DNA of 64,000 nt from Minisyncoccota bacterium (lineage in GTDB: Bacteria; Patescibacteriota; Minisyncoccia; Phycocordibacterales; GWA1-40-21). Each line of letters starts with the position of its first letter. The first letter of the stretch is position 1. Shown one piece after another: positions 48,510 to 59,181 of the stretch. The notes under the pieces were generated by a model. It saw only the letters and a list, made by a program, of their open reading frames with translations, had not been told where the DNA came from and made no database searches. The DNA is taken from contig JBAZRH010000001.1 in NCBI GenBank assembly GCA_041663045.1, positions 276,403 to 340,402 of the forward strand, written 5' to 3'. A program made the position numbers and the translations under genes.

Positions 48510-49096
48510 CCATAATAAGTTATGGAGTAATTGCATTGGTCATAGGTGTAATATCTATACCGGTGGCCATTGCGATAGAAGCCAAAAAGTCTCGCCTGCA
48601 GGGCAATAAGACTGCTGGCAATAAACTAACACCTATCTCGAAGACGATCTTGATAGCAGGATCGGTGTTGGGCCTTTTGATTGGAGGAATCTTCATCAAA
48701 AACTTAACATCGAAATCTGCGACTGAGGTCGCTAAAGTCCGTGTCAAAGCGCCGAGAGAAATCCGGTGGGAGATGTGGTGGGTCAAGAATCCTCTACAGC
48801 CAGGAAGAAACCCGGATATAGTAAGTGCCAGATTCAGGGTTGAAATGACCAGAGATGATGAGCAGGTATTTGAATTCACCCAGTTCTACCAAGATTGGGG
48901 GAAAGAGAAGACCTCTCATTTTTACTGGGACAAGAAAGTAAACTGTGAATACGGCATCTGGGAAGAAGCTTCCACAGGAGTGAAGGGGCGCTGGTATTTG
49001 AAGAAAATCCCCGGAGAGAAAAATATGTACTCCGGCGGAATGTCCAGTATGGATGAAAAGGACGATTGGGCGCCGTTCTTCCTTTCTGGGAAATGA
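48506..49096 (+). CDS. hypothetical 2-TM protein with Trp-rich C-terminal domain
   Basis: GGAGG SD, ATGA overlap with SPFH gene. Confidence 0.75.
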   Translation: MTIISYGVIALVIGVISIPVAIAIEAKKSRLQGNKTAGNKLTPISKTILIAGSVLGLLIGGIFIKNLTSKSATEVAKVRVKAPREIRWEMWWVKNPLQPGRNPDIVSARFRVEMTRDDEQVFEFTQFYQDWGKEKTSHFYWDKKVNCEYGIWEEASTGVKGRWYLKKIPGEKNMYSGGMSSMDEKDDWAPFFLSGK

Positions 49097-49223
49097 CCGT
49101 GTGTTCGCAAGAGCGAGGTGGGAGGGATAGGCATGCAAATGCTGATTCCTTCTCCCCCGCTCTTTTTTTTATACTCAAATCAAAACCGAGCGACTTAAGT
49201 CGCTCGGTTTTGATTTTATAAAT

Positions 49224-49520
49224 TTACAGACCAAATGTTCCCATTACTAGGTTTATTATTCCTTTCACCGAAAGCATAATAAACATCCCTATTACCCCAT
49301 AAAGCATATGCATTCCGCCCTCTGCTCTTTTTTCTGCACTTTCTGCATTCTTTACGAATCCATATACTCCGTAAAGAAAAACTACAAGTGCCCAAATAAA
49401 CAACAAATATATCGCTGGATTTAGTATTTCAGCTTTGATCTTTGAAAACATTGAGTCAAAACTGGTACCTTCACCAGACATCACATTTGCCGCATAGACT
49501 TTGGTGAACAGAAAATTCAT
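49224..49520 (-). CDS. VirB2/TrbC-like pilin-family membrane protein
   Basis: ALVVFLYG...KRAEG..HMLYGVIGMFIMLSV. Confidence 0.8.
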   Translation of the reverse strand: MNFLFTKVYAANVMSGEGTSFDSMFSKIKAEILNPAIYLLFIWALVVFLYGVYGFVKNAESAEKRAEGGMHMLYGVIGMFIMLSVKGIINLVMGTFGL

Positions 49521-49526
49521 TTATTG

Positions 49527-49895
49527 TTAGTAGGTTATAGGTACAATATTTTGAATGCCCGCATCTAATGCACTGGCGCCACGTGTGTTGAAAGTTGATT
49601 GCAAGATATTTACCAATCCCCAGACAGAAACCATGACAAAGATACCAACTATACCATAGATAATCTGTGTCTTTGCAGTTTTCTTTTTGTCTTCATCTCC
49701 AGCAATAGTGTACTGAAAAACCTCCCAAATAAAATAAACAACGGCGATTGCTATAAATAGCGGAACAAGCATAGACAATATTCTAGCTGCCCAAACGATT
49801 AAGCCACTCAATCCCTGACCTGTTGTATATGTTACCTGAGCCAAAGCCATAACTGGCAAAGCAAATGTAACTCCGACTGCTAATACTTTTTTCAT
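49527..49895 (-). CDS. VirB2/TrbC-like pilin-family membrane protein
   Basis: signal peptide ..ALA, AGDEDKKKTAK..IYGIVGIFVMVSVWGLV. Confidence 0.85.
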   Translation of the reverse strand: MKKVLAVGVTFALPVMALAQVTYTTGQGLSGLIVWAARILSMLVPLFIAIAVVYFIWEVFQYTIAGDEDKKKTAKTQIIYGIVGIFVMVSVWGLVNILQSTFNTRGASALDAGIQNIVPITY

Positions 49896-49995
49896 AATTA
49901 AACTAATTAATAAACTAATAATTCCTAAAAATGACGACCATTTTTAATTAACACTATAATTATAAACCAATCCAGTAAATAGGCAAATGGGTTAT

Positions 49996-50379
49996 CTACA
50001 GCTTTGGGATATTGATATCCGAATTACCAAGCTTAAATGTGTTTTGCAATACCGATACCAATCCCCAGACAGAGACCATGACAAAGATACCAATAATGCC
50101 CCAAAGGATAAACTCCCTACCTGATTGTTTGTCATCACCTTCAGCCCTAATAAACTTAAATACTCCATAAAGAAATACAACAACAGCAAGGGCGACCAAT
50201 AGATATACAACGGGTTTTAATATTCCACCGATAATTATATTATTAATTAATTCTTTAAAATTATGCGGACTAGAAACAGAAGACGTGCCGGCAGCAAAAG
50301 TAGCTGTACTAGAGAGAAAAAGCACTCCCAACACTACCGAAGACAATATATGACTTATCAATTTGGTTTTATTTTTCAT
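49996..50379 (-). CDS. VirB2/TrbC-like pilin-family membrane protein
   Basis: signal ..TFA, LAVVVFLYG, GREFILWGIIGIFVMVSVWGLV; start uncertain. Confidence 0.85.
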   Translation of the reverse strand: MKNKTKLISHILSSVVLGVLFLSSTATFAAGTSSVSSPHNFKELINNIIIGGILKPVVYLLVALAVVVFLYGVFKFIRAEGDDKQSGREFILWGIIGIFVMVSVWGLVSVLQNTFKLGNSDINIPKL

Positions 50380-50383
50380 CTTA

Positions 50384-50725
50384 TTATTTTGCCACATTAT
50401 TAATTGTACCAGTAACTATATTTGCTATAAGTTGTGAACCGAGCAAGATAACAATACCAATAATCGTCCATTTAAATGTATCCTTTGCTTTTGTTATCTC
50501 CCCAGGATTACCGCGAGCATCTACAAATAGATATCCAGCATATATTAAAAACATAATACAAATTACAGAACCAATCTCTATTACTACATTTAGGAAACTT
50601 TTTACAGTTCCAATTAAACTATCACTTTTAAGTGGGTTTGTGATTGTTTGACCGTGGGAAATTAATGGTATCAACAAAAGTGAGAAGAGAAAGATCGATG
50701 TGAGATTTATTAAAATTTTTTTCAT
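50384..50725 (-). CDS. VirB2/TrbC-like pilin-family membrane protein
   Basis: ITNPL, IYAGYLFV.ARGNP..ITKAK..KWTIIG. Confidence 0.85.
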   Translation of the reverse strand: MKKILINLTSIFLFSLLLIPLISHGQTITNPLKSDSLIGTVKSFLNVVIEIGSVICIMFLIYAGYLFVDARGNPGEITKAKDTFKWTIIGIVILLGSQLIANIVTGTINNVAK

Positions 50726-50751
50726 ATGATTATTCTAATTAATATATTATT

Positions 50752-51171
50752 TTATTTCAAGAATTTCAAATAAAGTGAGCTATCCTTGGTCAACCCCTTT
50801 ACTATAGCATATACGATAACCCAGGCACACAACAAAAAGAACAGTCCATAAACACTCTTTTTAAACATTGCCAGAGCTCTTTCCCTTTCTCCAGAATTGT
50901 TTGGATTCAACAAAATTCTCCCCCCTGCAATCGCAAAAGTAACAGTAGCAATAGTCGCAGAAATGCCGATAACCCACTTTATAAAGTTGTCTATCATACT
51001 AACAAAAGCATCAAAATCACATGGGCACTCTGGACTACCATCACATCCGATTATTCCTCCTAACATAACACATTCTATTGGTACAGATTTCGAAGCCGCC
51101 AAGGAGATGGCTGGTACAACAAATATTACTATCGCCAATACACAAAATAGAACTTTCAAATTAAATTTCAT
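50752..51171 (-). CDS. VirB2/TrbC-like pilin-family protein with Cys-rich N-terminus
   Basis: signal ..SLA, C..C..CPCDF, AGG.ILL....ERA...KSVYG. Confidence 0.8.
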   Translation of the reverse strand: MKFNLKVLFCVLAIVIFVVPAISLAASKSVPIECVMLGGIIGCDGSPECPCDFDAFVSMIDNFIKWVIGISATIATVTFAIAGGRILLNPNNSGERERALAMFKKSVYGLFFLLCAWVIVYAIVKGLTKDSSLYLKFLK

Positions 51172-51178
51172 ATATAAA

Positions 51179-52477
51179 TTATAACAAATAATCTAACTCT
51201 TGGCTTGCTTTCTTCAATGAGTCTAGCGTCTTTGATCTGCCTGTTGTAATGTCATTTATCATGTTTTGAAATATCTGACTTGTCTTTACACTGTCTGGAT
51301 CAAGCCAACCTTTTGATATAAGAGCTGAATTATAGAAGATGGTTTGGGATAGATCGGCTGTGCCAGCAGAAATAGTATCTCTCCTCGCTGGAGAATAGCT
51401 AGTAAATCGCAAAAAGACAGAGGATACATCCGGCCCAGTAAGGGTTGATATTGTAGTATAGGCTTGCGCTATGTTTTTAGAGCTATTCAGAATAGCAAAA
51501 CCTTGAATATCTCCGTAGGTGGTCTTTGTCTTTGTATCAACCACTTGTGGTAACATGGCAACATCAAAATTCAGGTTTGGATTCTTAGCTCTAAGATCTG
51601 GAAGTTCAGACGCTTTGCCGAAATATAAAGCTAAATCCCCACTTAAGAACAGCTGTTTATCCGATACCAAAGCACTATTCCAAGAATAAACTGATTTCTT
51701 AGGATTTGAATAATCGGTATAAAAATTTAATGCTTGTTCTACAGGAGACAAAACACCAGCTTCGAGATTACCAGAATTTGATATTAGTGAACTATTTAGT
51801 TTGGTGCCGTCAGATTGAACGATTTTATTACCGGTCTGCATTATCAGTGCGCTTATTATCTCTTTTGCATTGTTTATATTATTAAATCCCCCAAAAGCAA
51901 CGGCACTCTGTAATATGTTGGCATTGGTATCACTTTTTGAAAACTTACTAGCTAAAAGTGGAATTTCAGACCATTTAGTTGGTGGCGTGGCTATTCCTGC
52001 TCCAGAAAAGATATCTTTATTCCAATACATGACAAGAGGGTCTACAAAAAATGGTAAGGCGGTTATTCCACTCGATGTAATATATAAATTACTTTCTTGC
52101 ACAAAAGTATCACTAAATATCCTCTCTGATAAAATTTGAGGGGAAATCAGAGAAATCTTATCAGAATATCTTATTATTAAATCGCTCGGTAATAAGACTA
52201 CGTCTGGACCTTTCCCACTTGCGATCGCCTCAATAAGGGATTGATCAAGAATAGACCGCTCTTTCTGTGTATATTTTATATTCAATTCTATATTTAAATC
52301 CTGTCTAATTTTACTTAAGAGATTGTTAAATATATTTTGATCAACTGAACCCCAAATAGATATTTCAGCATTGTTTGTTTTGCTATTATTGACTTTATAA
52401 GATGCAAATATTACGAGTCCAAGAATTATAAAAAAACCAAAGATCGAAAGAAGTATTATTTGAAAGCTGTTTTTCAT
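51179..52477 (-). CDS. extracellular solute-binding protein (sugar ABC type)
   Basis: IASGKGPD, LPFFVDPLVMYWNKD, PTKW, F.SG.LA, FDVAMLPQ. Confidence 0.85.
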   Translation of the reverse strand: MKNSFQIILLSIFGFFIILGLVIFASYKVNNSKTNNAEISIWGSVDQNIFNNLLSKIRQDLNIELNIKYTQKERSILDQSLIEAIASGKGPDVVLLPSDLIIRYSDKISLISPQILSERIFSDTFVQESNLYITSSGITALPFFVDPLVMYWNKDIFSGAGIATPPTKWSEIPLLASKFSKSDTNANILQSAVAFGGFNNINNAKEIISALIMQTGNKIVQSDGTKLNSSLISNSGNLEAGVLSPVEQALNFYTDYSNPKKSVYSWNSALVSDKQLFLSGDLALYFGKASELPDLRAKNPNLNFDVAMLPQVVDTKTKTTYGDIQGFAILNSSKNIAQAYTTISTLTGPDVSSVFLRFTSYSPARRDTISAGTADLSQTIFYNSALISKGWLDPDSVKTSQIFQNMINDITTGRSKTLDSLKKASQELDYLL

Positions 52478-52478
52478 A

Positions 52479-53003
52479 TTATTTTCTAAAGATTATTCCG
52501 TAATGATTTGCACCTGCGGAGATTTCTCTATCAATTACAAAGCCATGTTTTTTAAAAAGTTCTAATGCCCTTTCTTTTGATAGGACATCTTTGGATTGTG
52601 GACCAATACCACCAAAAGAACTAAGCCAGTCTATAAGAAGAATCCTACCGCCCTTTTTGAGAATTCTTCTGGTCTCCAGAATAACATTATCTTTTTGCTC
52701 AAGTTGGAAAAGAATATTCGCCATTATTGCTGAATCTATAGAAGACTCGCGGAGTTTTGTACCGCCCAAGTGTTCCAAGTCTGCCCAAACAATATCTATA
52801 TTTTTAAGATGCCTAAGATTAGCTTCTTTTTTGAGTTTTTGAAGAAGATCTTTTTGAACGTCCACAGCATAAACTCTGCCGTTTTCTCCTACAGCTTCAG
52901 CTGCAGCAAAAGAATAATACCCTGCGCCGGAACCAAGGTCGGCAACATAAGTACCCTTCCCCAAACTAAATTGTCCTATATTTTTTTCAGGATCGGAAAA
53001 CAT
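52479..53003 (-). CDS. class I SAM-dependent methyltransferase
   Basis: VADLGSGAGY, VYAVDVQ, RILKKGG.ILLIDW. Confidence 0.9.
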   Translation of the reverse strand: MFSDPEKNIGQFSLGKGTYVADLGSGAGYYSFAAAEAVGENGRVYAVDVQKDLLQKLKKEANLRHLKNIDIVWADLEHLGGTKLRESSIDSAIMANILFQLEQKDNVILETRRILKKGGRILLIDWLSSFGGIGPQSKDVLSKERALELFKKHGFVIDREISAGANHYGIIFRK

Positions 53004-53090
53004 GATTGATTTTTAAGGAGTGAAATGACTATAAAAATCATCACCCTGCGAAATGGAGTTTGCTTTGGCAAACGACATATTTCACTGGGG
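53004..53090 (-). repeat. two-hairpin element abutting a start codon (copy 2)
   Basis: GTGAAAT..ATTTCGCAGGGTGATGATTTTTA..TAAAAATCAATCATG, shared with 23037-23117. Confidence 0.75.
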
Positions 53091-53152
53091 TCTATTTCAC
53101 TTGGTTAATTATATCATAATAAAATACTGACAAGTAGGGCGGGTGTGGAGAA

Positions 53153-53333
53153 AAAGCTCATTCACATCCCCGCTTTTCTGTGCAGAAATTTTCCCCAGCC
53201 GGAAAATTTCCTAATCCTCGGCGGCTTGCGCTGTGGTATACTTTTACTCGAAGATTACTTCTCGCAAAATTACACCACATCGCACCAGAAAAGGAGCCTA
53301 CGGACACAGAAAAATGGGGACGTTCATTCGCTT
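53153..53333 (-). repeat. structured intergenic element, subfamily B
   Basis: core nearly identical to 26335-26460; termini AAGCGAATGAA / GAATGAGCTTT. Confidence 0.92.
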
Positions 53334-53371
53334 ACAGCAGAAAAATACGGCTTTGTAAAGCCATACTTCAT

Positions 53372-53644
53372 AAGCGAGCGAGATTCTCAATTTTCTAGCA
53401 TTGCCGAGAACCCGTGATAGAAGCAGTGTTCACTCTTATATTAGCTTCCTCGGCTCGGAAATGAAAAAGGAATTTTCATTTCTCTCGCTCTACGTCGCTA
53501 ATAAATCAAGGAGATGTTTAGAAAAATCAAGTTGTTTGAGACACATTCTGATGTGGCGAGTTCTTGATTTTTCGTTAAGAACATCGACTATGATTTGACT
53601 CTGGTGAAGGCACACTGCTAGAAAATTGAGAATCGAGCGAGCGT
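53372..53644 (+). repeat. structured intergenic element, subfamily C with nested insertion
   Basis: AAGCGAGCGA-GATTCTCAATTTTCTAGCA/TGCTAGAAAATTGAGAATC-GAGCGAGC; abuts gyrA TAA. Confidence 0.92.
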
Positions 53645-56116
53645 TTAAATCAAGGTTACCGACGCAATACTATCCCCTTCTCTTAATTTCATAACTCTCA
53701 CACCCTGCGTCTGCCTACCGAGCGAAGGAATTTCTTTGACCGCCACGCGTATGACCTGACTCTTTTTTGAAATAGTTGCGATTTCGTCTTCGCCGTCTGT
53801 GACGACTTTTGCGGAAATAATCTCCCCCGTTTTTGGTGTAACTTTCATGGTCTTGATACCAGACCCGCCTCTCTTTTGCACTTTATATTCTTTGAGTGGA
53901 GTTTTCTTTCCATAACCGTTTGAGCTCACCACGAGAAGCTCCGGATTCTGCATTGTTTTTGAAATAATGGCTGTACCGACGACAGTATCCCCTTTTCCAA
54001 GCTTTACACCACGGACACCAGAAGCATTCCTGCCCATAACGCGAATATCTTTATCTTTGAATCTGATAGATTGCCCTTTCGATGTGGCGATTATCGCCTC
54101 GTCGCCGTCATTCATAAAGAGCGCCGACTGAAGCTCATCTCCTGCATCTAGAGTGATGGCTATCAAGCCGTTTCTACGAACGTCTTTGAAGTTTTCTGCA
54201 TCCACCCTCTTTGCCGTACCGTTTTTCGTCACAAAGATAAGTGAGAGTTTCAAATTCTTCATCGCCTTTGGCATAGCAAGGACAGAAGTGATTTTCTCCT
54301 CACCAGAAATCGCCAAGTAGTTTACAATCGCCTTGCCTTTTGTCGCTCTCTTACCTTCTGGCAATTCATACATTTTTATTTGATACGCCTTTCCTTTGTC
54401 TGTGAAGAAGAGAATATCATTGTGTGTAGAAGCAGTAATAAAATGAGTAATAAAATCTTCATCTTTTGTATCAAGGTCCACCACTCCCACCCCACCCCTC
54501 TTCTGCTTTCTGTATTCGTCTGGGTTTGTCCTCTTTACATATCCGCCAGCAGTAAGGACGAGCATACTTTCTTCGTCTGCTATCAAATCTTCATCTGAAA
54601 GTGTCTGTACTCCGCCTTTTATAACTTTTGTCCTTCTCTCATCGCCGTATTTGGCTTTGATTTCAAGAAGCTCGGACTTAACTATTTCGAGAATTCTCTT
54701 TGTCTTTGCCAAAATATCTTTCAAATCTTTTATAAGGGCCTGCACGGCAGAAAGCTCATCTTCGATTTTCTTTCTCTCAAGTCCGGCGAGCTTCTGCAAA
54801 CGCATTTCAAGAATGGCATTGGCTTGGATTTCCGAAAACTTAAATACTTTCATGAGCTGTGCACGAGCGTCATCTACGTCTTTTGATTTCTTTATAAGTT
54901 TGATGATTTCGTCTATATGATCAAGCGCCTTTTTCAAACCAAGCAAAATATGCTCTCTCGCCTCGGCCTTTTTCAAATCAAATTCTGTCCTCCTTTTTAC
55001 GACAATCTTTCTATGATCTATGAATTCTTCCAGGAAAGAAAGGAGTGAAAGTGTCTTCGGTACGCCGTCTACAAGAGCGACAAGGTTGAAGTGAAATGTC
55101 TCCTCGAGCTGTGTATGTTTATACAAATAATTCAAAACGCTTTGTGGCTGAGCGCCATTTTTGAGGTCAACGACAATACGGATGTCTTTTGCAGACTCAT
55201 CACGCAAACCCCTTATACCTTCTATTTTCTTTTCACGGACAAGCTCGGCGATAGCGATGATAAGCTCGGCTTTGTTGACCCTATAAGGTATCGAGGTGAT
55301 TATTATCTGAAATTGACCTTTTTTGTCTTCTACTATTTCGGCATGACCTCTCGTCACCACCCCTCCTCTACCTGTGGAATATGCGTGGTTGATATCTGTT
55401 TGATTGTAAATCATCCCGCCTGTCGGAAAATCTGGCCCTTTTATAAATTTCAAAAGGTCTTCAGTGGTAGCATCTTCATTGTCTGCCAAGTGAATAGTTG
55501 CATCGATCACCTCTCCAAGGTTGTGCGGGGGGATATTCGTCGCCATACCGACAGCAATACCGAGAGTTCCGTTTAACAAAAGGTTCGGCACACCGGCTGG
55601 AAGGACGGTTGGTTCTTTTTTGGTATTGTCATAGTTGGGCTTCCAATCAACGGTTTCTTTTTCCAAATCTTTCAGCATTTCACCGGCGATTTTTGACATC
55701 TTCGCCTCGGTGTATCTCATAGCGGCGGCTGAATCGCCGTCTATGTTTCCAAAGTTTCCCTGACCGATAATATGCGGATATCTAAGTGAGAAATCCTGTG
55801 CCATTTTGACCATAGAATCATAGACAGCAACATCGCCGTGCGGGTGATAATTTCCAAGTACTTCTCCGACCACAGCGGAAGATTTCCTTGTCCTTGCACC
55901 TGCGGTAAGGTTCATTTGGCCCATGGCATAAAGGATTCTTCTATGCACTGGTTTCAAACCATCGCGGACATCGGGAAGGGCGCGGTCTGTGATGACAGAC
56001 ATGGCATAGTCGATAAATGACTCTTTCATTTCGGTCGTAATGCTTCTGTCGGAAAGAGCTCTATGCTCTATTTTTACAGCTTCCTCTCCATTTCCTTCTG
56101 ATTTGTTTTTCGCCAT
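53645..56116 (-). CDS. gyrA: DNA gyrase subunit A
   Basis: [31 protein letters not shown], GyrA box QKRGGVG. Confidence 0.98.
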   Translation of the reverse strand: MAKNKSEGNGEEAVKIEHRALSDRSITTEMKESFIDYAMSVITDRALPDVRDGLKPVHRRILYAMGQMNLTAGARTRKSSAVVGEVLGNYHPHGDVAVYDSMVKMAQDFSLRYPHIIGQGNFGNIDGDSAAAMRYTEAKMSKIAGEMLKDLEKETVDWKPNYDNTKKEPTVLPAGVPNLLLNGTLGIAVGMATNIPPHNLGEVIDATIHLADNEDATTEDLLKFIKGPDFPTGGMIYNQTDINHAYSTGRGGVVTRGHAEIVEDKKGQFQIIITSIPYRVNKAELIIAIAELVREKKIEGIRGLRDESAKDIRIVVDLKNGAQPQSVLNYLYKHTQLEETFHFNLVALVDGVPKTLSLLSFLEEFIDHRKIVVKRRTEFDLKKAEAREHILLGLKKALDHIDEIIKLIKKSKDVDDARAQLMKVFKFSEIQANAILEMRLQKLAGLERKKIEDELSAVQALIKDLKDILAKTKRILEIVKSELLEIKAKYGDERRTKVIKGGVQTLSDEDLIADEESMLVLTAGGYVKRTNPDEYRKQKRGGVGVVDLDTKDEDFITHFITASTHNDILFFTDKGKAYQIKMYELPEGKRATKGKAIVNYLAISGEEKITSVLAMPKAMKNLKLSLIFVTKNGTAKRVDAENFKDVRRNGLIAITLDAGDELQSALFMNDGDEAIIATSKGQSIRFKDKDIRVMGRNASGVRGVKLGKGDTVVGTAIISKTMQNPELLVVSSNGYGKKTPLKEYKVQKRGGSGIKTMKVTPKTGEIISAKVVTDGEDEIATISKKSQVIRVAVKEIPSLGRQTQGVRVMKLREGDSIASVTLI

Positions 56117-56118
56117 GA

Positions 56119-56346
56119 CTATTTATTAAAAATTTCTACAAAATTATCTTTCAATTCTTTCATCTGTCCTGAATCAAATATTGATTTTCTAATTTCTGGA
56201 CTATCAACAATGTTAATCAAATTATTTAAGACAAGTGCAAATATTACCACAATCAAAGTGATAACGACAGCGCTTGTAAAGGCAAAAACTCTCTTTTTTC
56301 TTTCTGGCATTTTCTCTATCTTTGAAAGAAAAGACATAATTTTCAC
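56119..56346 (-). CDS. small single-TM hypothetical protein
   Basis: fills gap between MBL gene and gyrA; PERKKR + TM; start uncertain. Confidence 0.65.
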   Translation of the reverse strand: MKIMSFLSKIEKMPERKKRVFAFTSAVVITLIVVIFALVLNNLINIVDSPEIRKSIFDSGQMKELKDNFVEIFNK

Positions 56347-56985
56347 TTACAAATTTGCAGAAAGAACCACCACCTCGCCCTGTTTGCCATCCAAATCCTT
56401 CTTCTTGATTGTCAGCTTGTCTATCGGTTTTACATTTTCTTCACCCGCTGCTTTCAGATATTTCTTCAAACCATCTTTTTGTCCGACATCCCCATAATGC
56501 ATCGGTATGATTATCTTCGGCTCGATTTCCACAGAAAGCTTTTCTGCTTTCACTGCATCAAGTACACCGTCGTCGCCCACGGGCAAGAAGAGAATATCGA
56601 CATCACCAAGTGCTTCTTTGACTTCGCTTGAAAGATTGATATCGGAAAGCGTGCCAAGGAAACAAAGATTCATATTTTCAAGAGTGACGGAATAAATAGT
56701 GTTGATGCGTTCTTTGCCGGCATAAGAAGATTTCGAACCAAAACCTTTTATGAAAATTTCTTTGACTTCGTATTCGCCCGGACCGGAAATGACAAAAGGG
56801 TCCTTGCCATTGTAAGAGAGGTTTTCTGTGCCATTCATATCCGGGTGATTGACGCTCACAAGTGCAATATCAGCAAAAAAACGTGTCGGCTTAAACTTTG
56901 ATTCTTTTGAAATCGGATTAAAAGCGAGGGTTGTGTCGCCAAACTGAACTTTAAAAAATTCCACCCCTTGATAAGTGATAATCAT
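56347..56985 (-). CDS. MBL-fold metallo-hydrolase-like protein
   Basis: ISGPGEYEV, DILFLPVG, EPKIIIPMHY. Confidence 0.88.
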   Translation of the reverse strand: MIITYQGVEFFKVQFGDTTLAFNPISKESKFKPTRFFADIALVSVNHPDMNGTENLSYNGKDPFVISGPGEYEVKEIFIKGFGSKSSYAGKERINTIYSVTLENMNLCFLGTLSDINLSSEVKEALGDVDILFLPVGDDGVLDAVKAEKLSVEIEPKIIIPMHYGDVGQKDGLKKYLKAAGEENVKPIDKLTIKKKDLDGKQGEVVVLSANL

Positions 56986-57027
56986 GGGTTAATTATAGCA
57001 AATTCCGACCGATTCGGCAATACAAAA

Positions 57028-57183
57028 AAAGCTCCCTCGCATTTCCTTTTTGGTGCACACGTCAAATTTCCCTGCGAGGAATTTGCGCTCCCTCTCGGCC
57101 TCTCTCGTCCGCCTGATTACAGGCGAACGCCATGCCCGCTCGGCCTGCGAGAGTCACCAAAAAAGAAAACGCTCGGTCGCTAA
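57028..57183 (-). repeat. structured intergenic element, divergent subfamily D
   Basis: minus strand TTAGCGACCGA-GCGTTTTCTTTT..GGTG/CACCAAAAGGAAATGC-GAGGGAGCTTT. Confidence 0.8.
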
Positions 57184-57274
57184 CATAAAAAAATCCCAAC
57201 AAAAAACCACACGAGTGGAGGAAACTTTTCCTCTCAACTCGCGTGGTATCACTCGCCAACCCTGACTCACCCAC

Positions 57275-57706
57275 TTACTTGAGCAGAATCGCTGTGCAGA
57301 CGAAGTGTTCGCCTTCACTGCCATCGATTTCAACCGAATCCGTGAGGGTTTCGACGGCTTTCGTCTGCTTTTTGTCATCATCACTCATCTGGTCGAATAC
57401 TTCCCCAATGTCTGGCTTGAGGAAGAAGCGAGAAGACGATTTGACAAGAAAACGAATTCGTTTGAACTCCTTTAAACCATCGACGAGTTCGTCGGGCTTG
57501 AAGTCGAACGTGTGCGATATACCCCGAGGGTTCTTGCGGATTTTTTCCATCGTATCTTTGTCTGCCGTATAGTAGCCCACAACACTTCCTTTCCCTTTGT
57601 GGGTTTCAGACACGATGAGAATTCTGCTAAGTAACTCGCGAATCTCATCAGATGACGTCCTTTTGTAGTTGCTGTACAGAACTTTCGTATCTATTTTATT
57701 TCCCAT
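57275..57706 (-). CDS. hypothetical protein (cassette)
   Basis: TTGACA(57796)-17-TAACAT, AAGGAG SD, long hairpin + T7 terminator 57200-57247. Confidence 0.8.
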   Translation of the reverse strand: MGNKIDTKVLYSNYKRTSSDEIRELLSRILIVSETHKGKGSVVGYYTADKDTMEKIRKNPRGISHTFDFKPDELVDGLKEFKRIRFLVKSSSRFFLKPDIGEVFDQMSDDDKKQTKAVETLTDSVEIDGSEGEHFVCTAILLK

Positions 57707-58059
57707 GATTATTCTCCTTCTTCTTGATTTTATTACTGGTATTTACCAGTGTGGACTTCCGTTTGAGATGTTAGCATAGTTTAAACTTTTTGTCAAGCAT
57801 TTACTTTCCCATATCTTCGTGTATTATTCTTTCTGTTAATAGCAGTCGTGCAAAGAGATAACCTCGATCATCGGAAAATTCAAGATTACGGAAGATGAAC
57901 GAAACTTTTTGAGCGAACAATTTATTTGTCCGCTAGTGAGCGGATTTTCTTGTCCCGAGTGAAAATCAACGGATTAGAAGAAAAAATAAAATAACCGATT
58001 GAAAATTAAATAGAATTTAAAACAGGTCTCTATTTTTAAATTTTCTTTTCGGGATTATT

Positions 58060-59181
58060 ATGGCAAAAGAAATAAAGAAAGTTGCGATTGCAGATGTAGA
58101 GATTTCTGCCGAAGCAAAAGCAAAGAAAGATAGTTTGATGGGTAAGCTTTTCAATGATGTCAAAAATCCTCCATCGGAAGGAGAAGTCGTGGAAGGTAAA
58201 GTTATCGGAGTTGAAAAGTCTAGAGTTTATGTTGACCTACAACCATTTGGTTCAGGTCTTATTTATGGTAAGGAATTCATCACCGCAAGAGATGTTATCA
58301 AGAAGCTTAATATCGGCGACATCGTCTCCGCAAAAATAGTAGACGTAAATGGAAGAGACGGTTATATAGAGCTTTCTTTGAAAGAAGCTCGCCAGGCCCT
58401 TATCTGGGATGAAGCCGAAAAAGCTATCAAGAGCAAAATCGTATTTGAAATTCCGGTCAAGGAAGCCAACAAAGGCGGACTTATGCTTGAATGGCAAGGT
58501 ATTACAGGATTCTTACCAGCATCACAGCTCAAAGCCGAACACTATCCAAAAATAGTAGACGGGGACAAAGACAAAATTCTTGATGAATTGAAAAAACTCG
58601 TCGGGCAGAAGATTTCTGTCGCGATAATTACTGCCACTCCAAAAGAAGGCAAACTTATTTTCTCCGAGAAAAACATTGAAAAGAAAGAAAAGCAGAAAAT
58701 GGCCGACAAATACAAAGTCGGAGATATTCTGGATGGAGAGATTACCGGCACGGTAGACTTCGGTGTCTTCGTGAAGCTTGAAGATGGTCTAGAAGGACTT
58801 GTGCATATTTCAGAAATCGACTGGGCGCTTGTAGATGATCCAAGAGCAATGTTTAAACAGGGAGATAAAGTCAAAGTAAAAGTTATAGATGTGAAAGACG
58901 GAAAAGTTTCGCTTTCTATCAAAGCTTTGAAGACAAACCCTTGGGTTGAGGCGGAGAAGAAATATAAAAAGGGCGATATGGTGGAAGCTGTTGTCATCAA
59001 ATTCAACAAATATGGCGCACTTGCAAGTATTGAAGAGGGTGTCGCTGGACTTGTGCATATTTCAGATTTCGGTTCAGAAAATAAAATGAAAGAAAAGATT
59101 AGCTTGGGTAAAAACTACACGTTCAAGATAAATCTCTTTGAAGCAAAGGGACAGAAGATGGGGTTGAGTTTTGTTAAATAA
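58060..59181 (+). CDS. rpsA: 30S ribosomal protein S1 (four S1 domains)
   Basis: repeated S1 motifs: GFLPASQL, FGVFV..EGLVHISEI, GLVHISD. Confidence 0.92.
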   Translation: MAKEIKKVAIADVEISAEAKAKKDSLMGKLFNDVKNPPSEGEVVEGKVIGVEKSRVYVDLQPFGSGLIYGKEFITARDVIKKLNIGDIVSAKIVDVNGRDGYIELSLKEARQALIWDEAEKAIKSKIVFEIPVKEANKGGLMLEWQGITGFLPASQLKAEHYPKIVDGDKDKILDELKKLVGQKISVAIITATPKEGKLIFSEKNIEKKEKQKMADKYKVGDILDGEITGTVDFGVFVKLEDGLEGLVHISEIDWALVDDPRAMFKQGDKVKVKVIDVKDGKVSLSIKALKTNPWVEAEKKYKKGDMVEAVVIKFNKYGALASIEEGVAGLVHISDFGSENKMKEKISLGKNYTFKINLFEAKGQKMGLSFVK

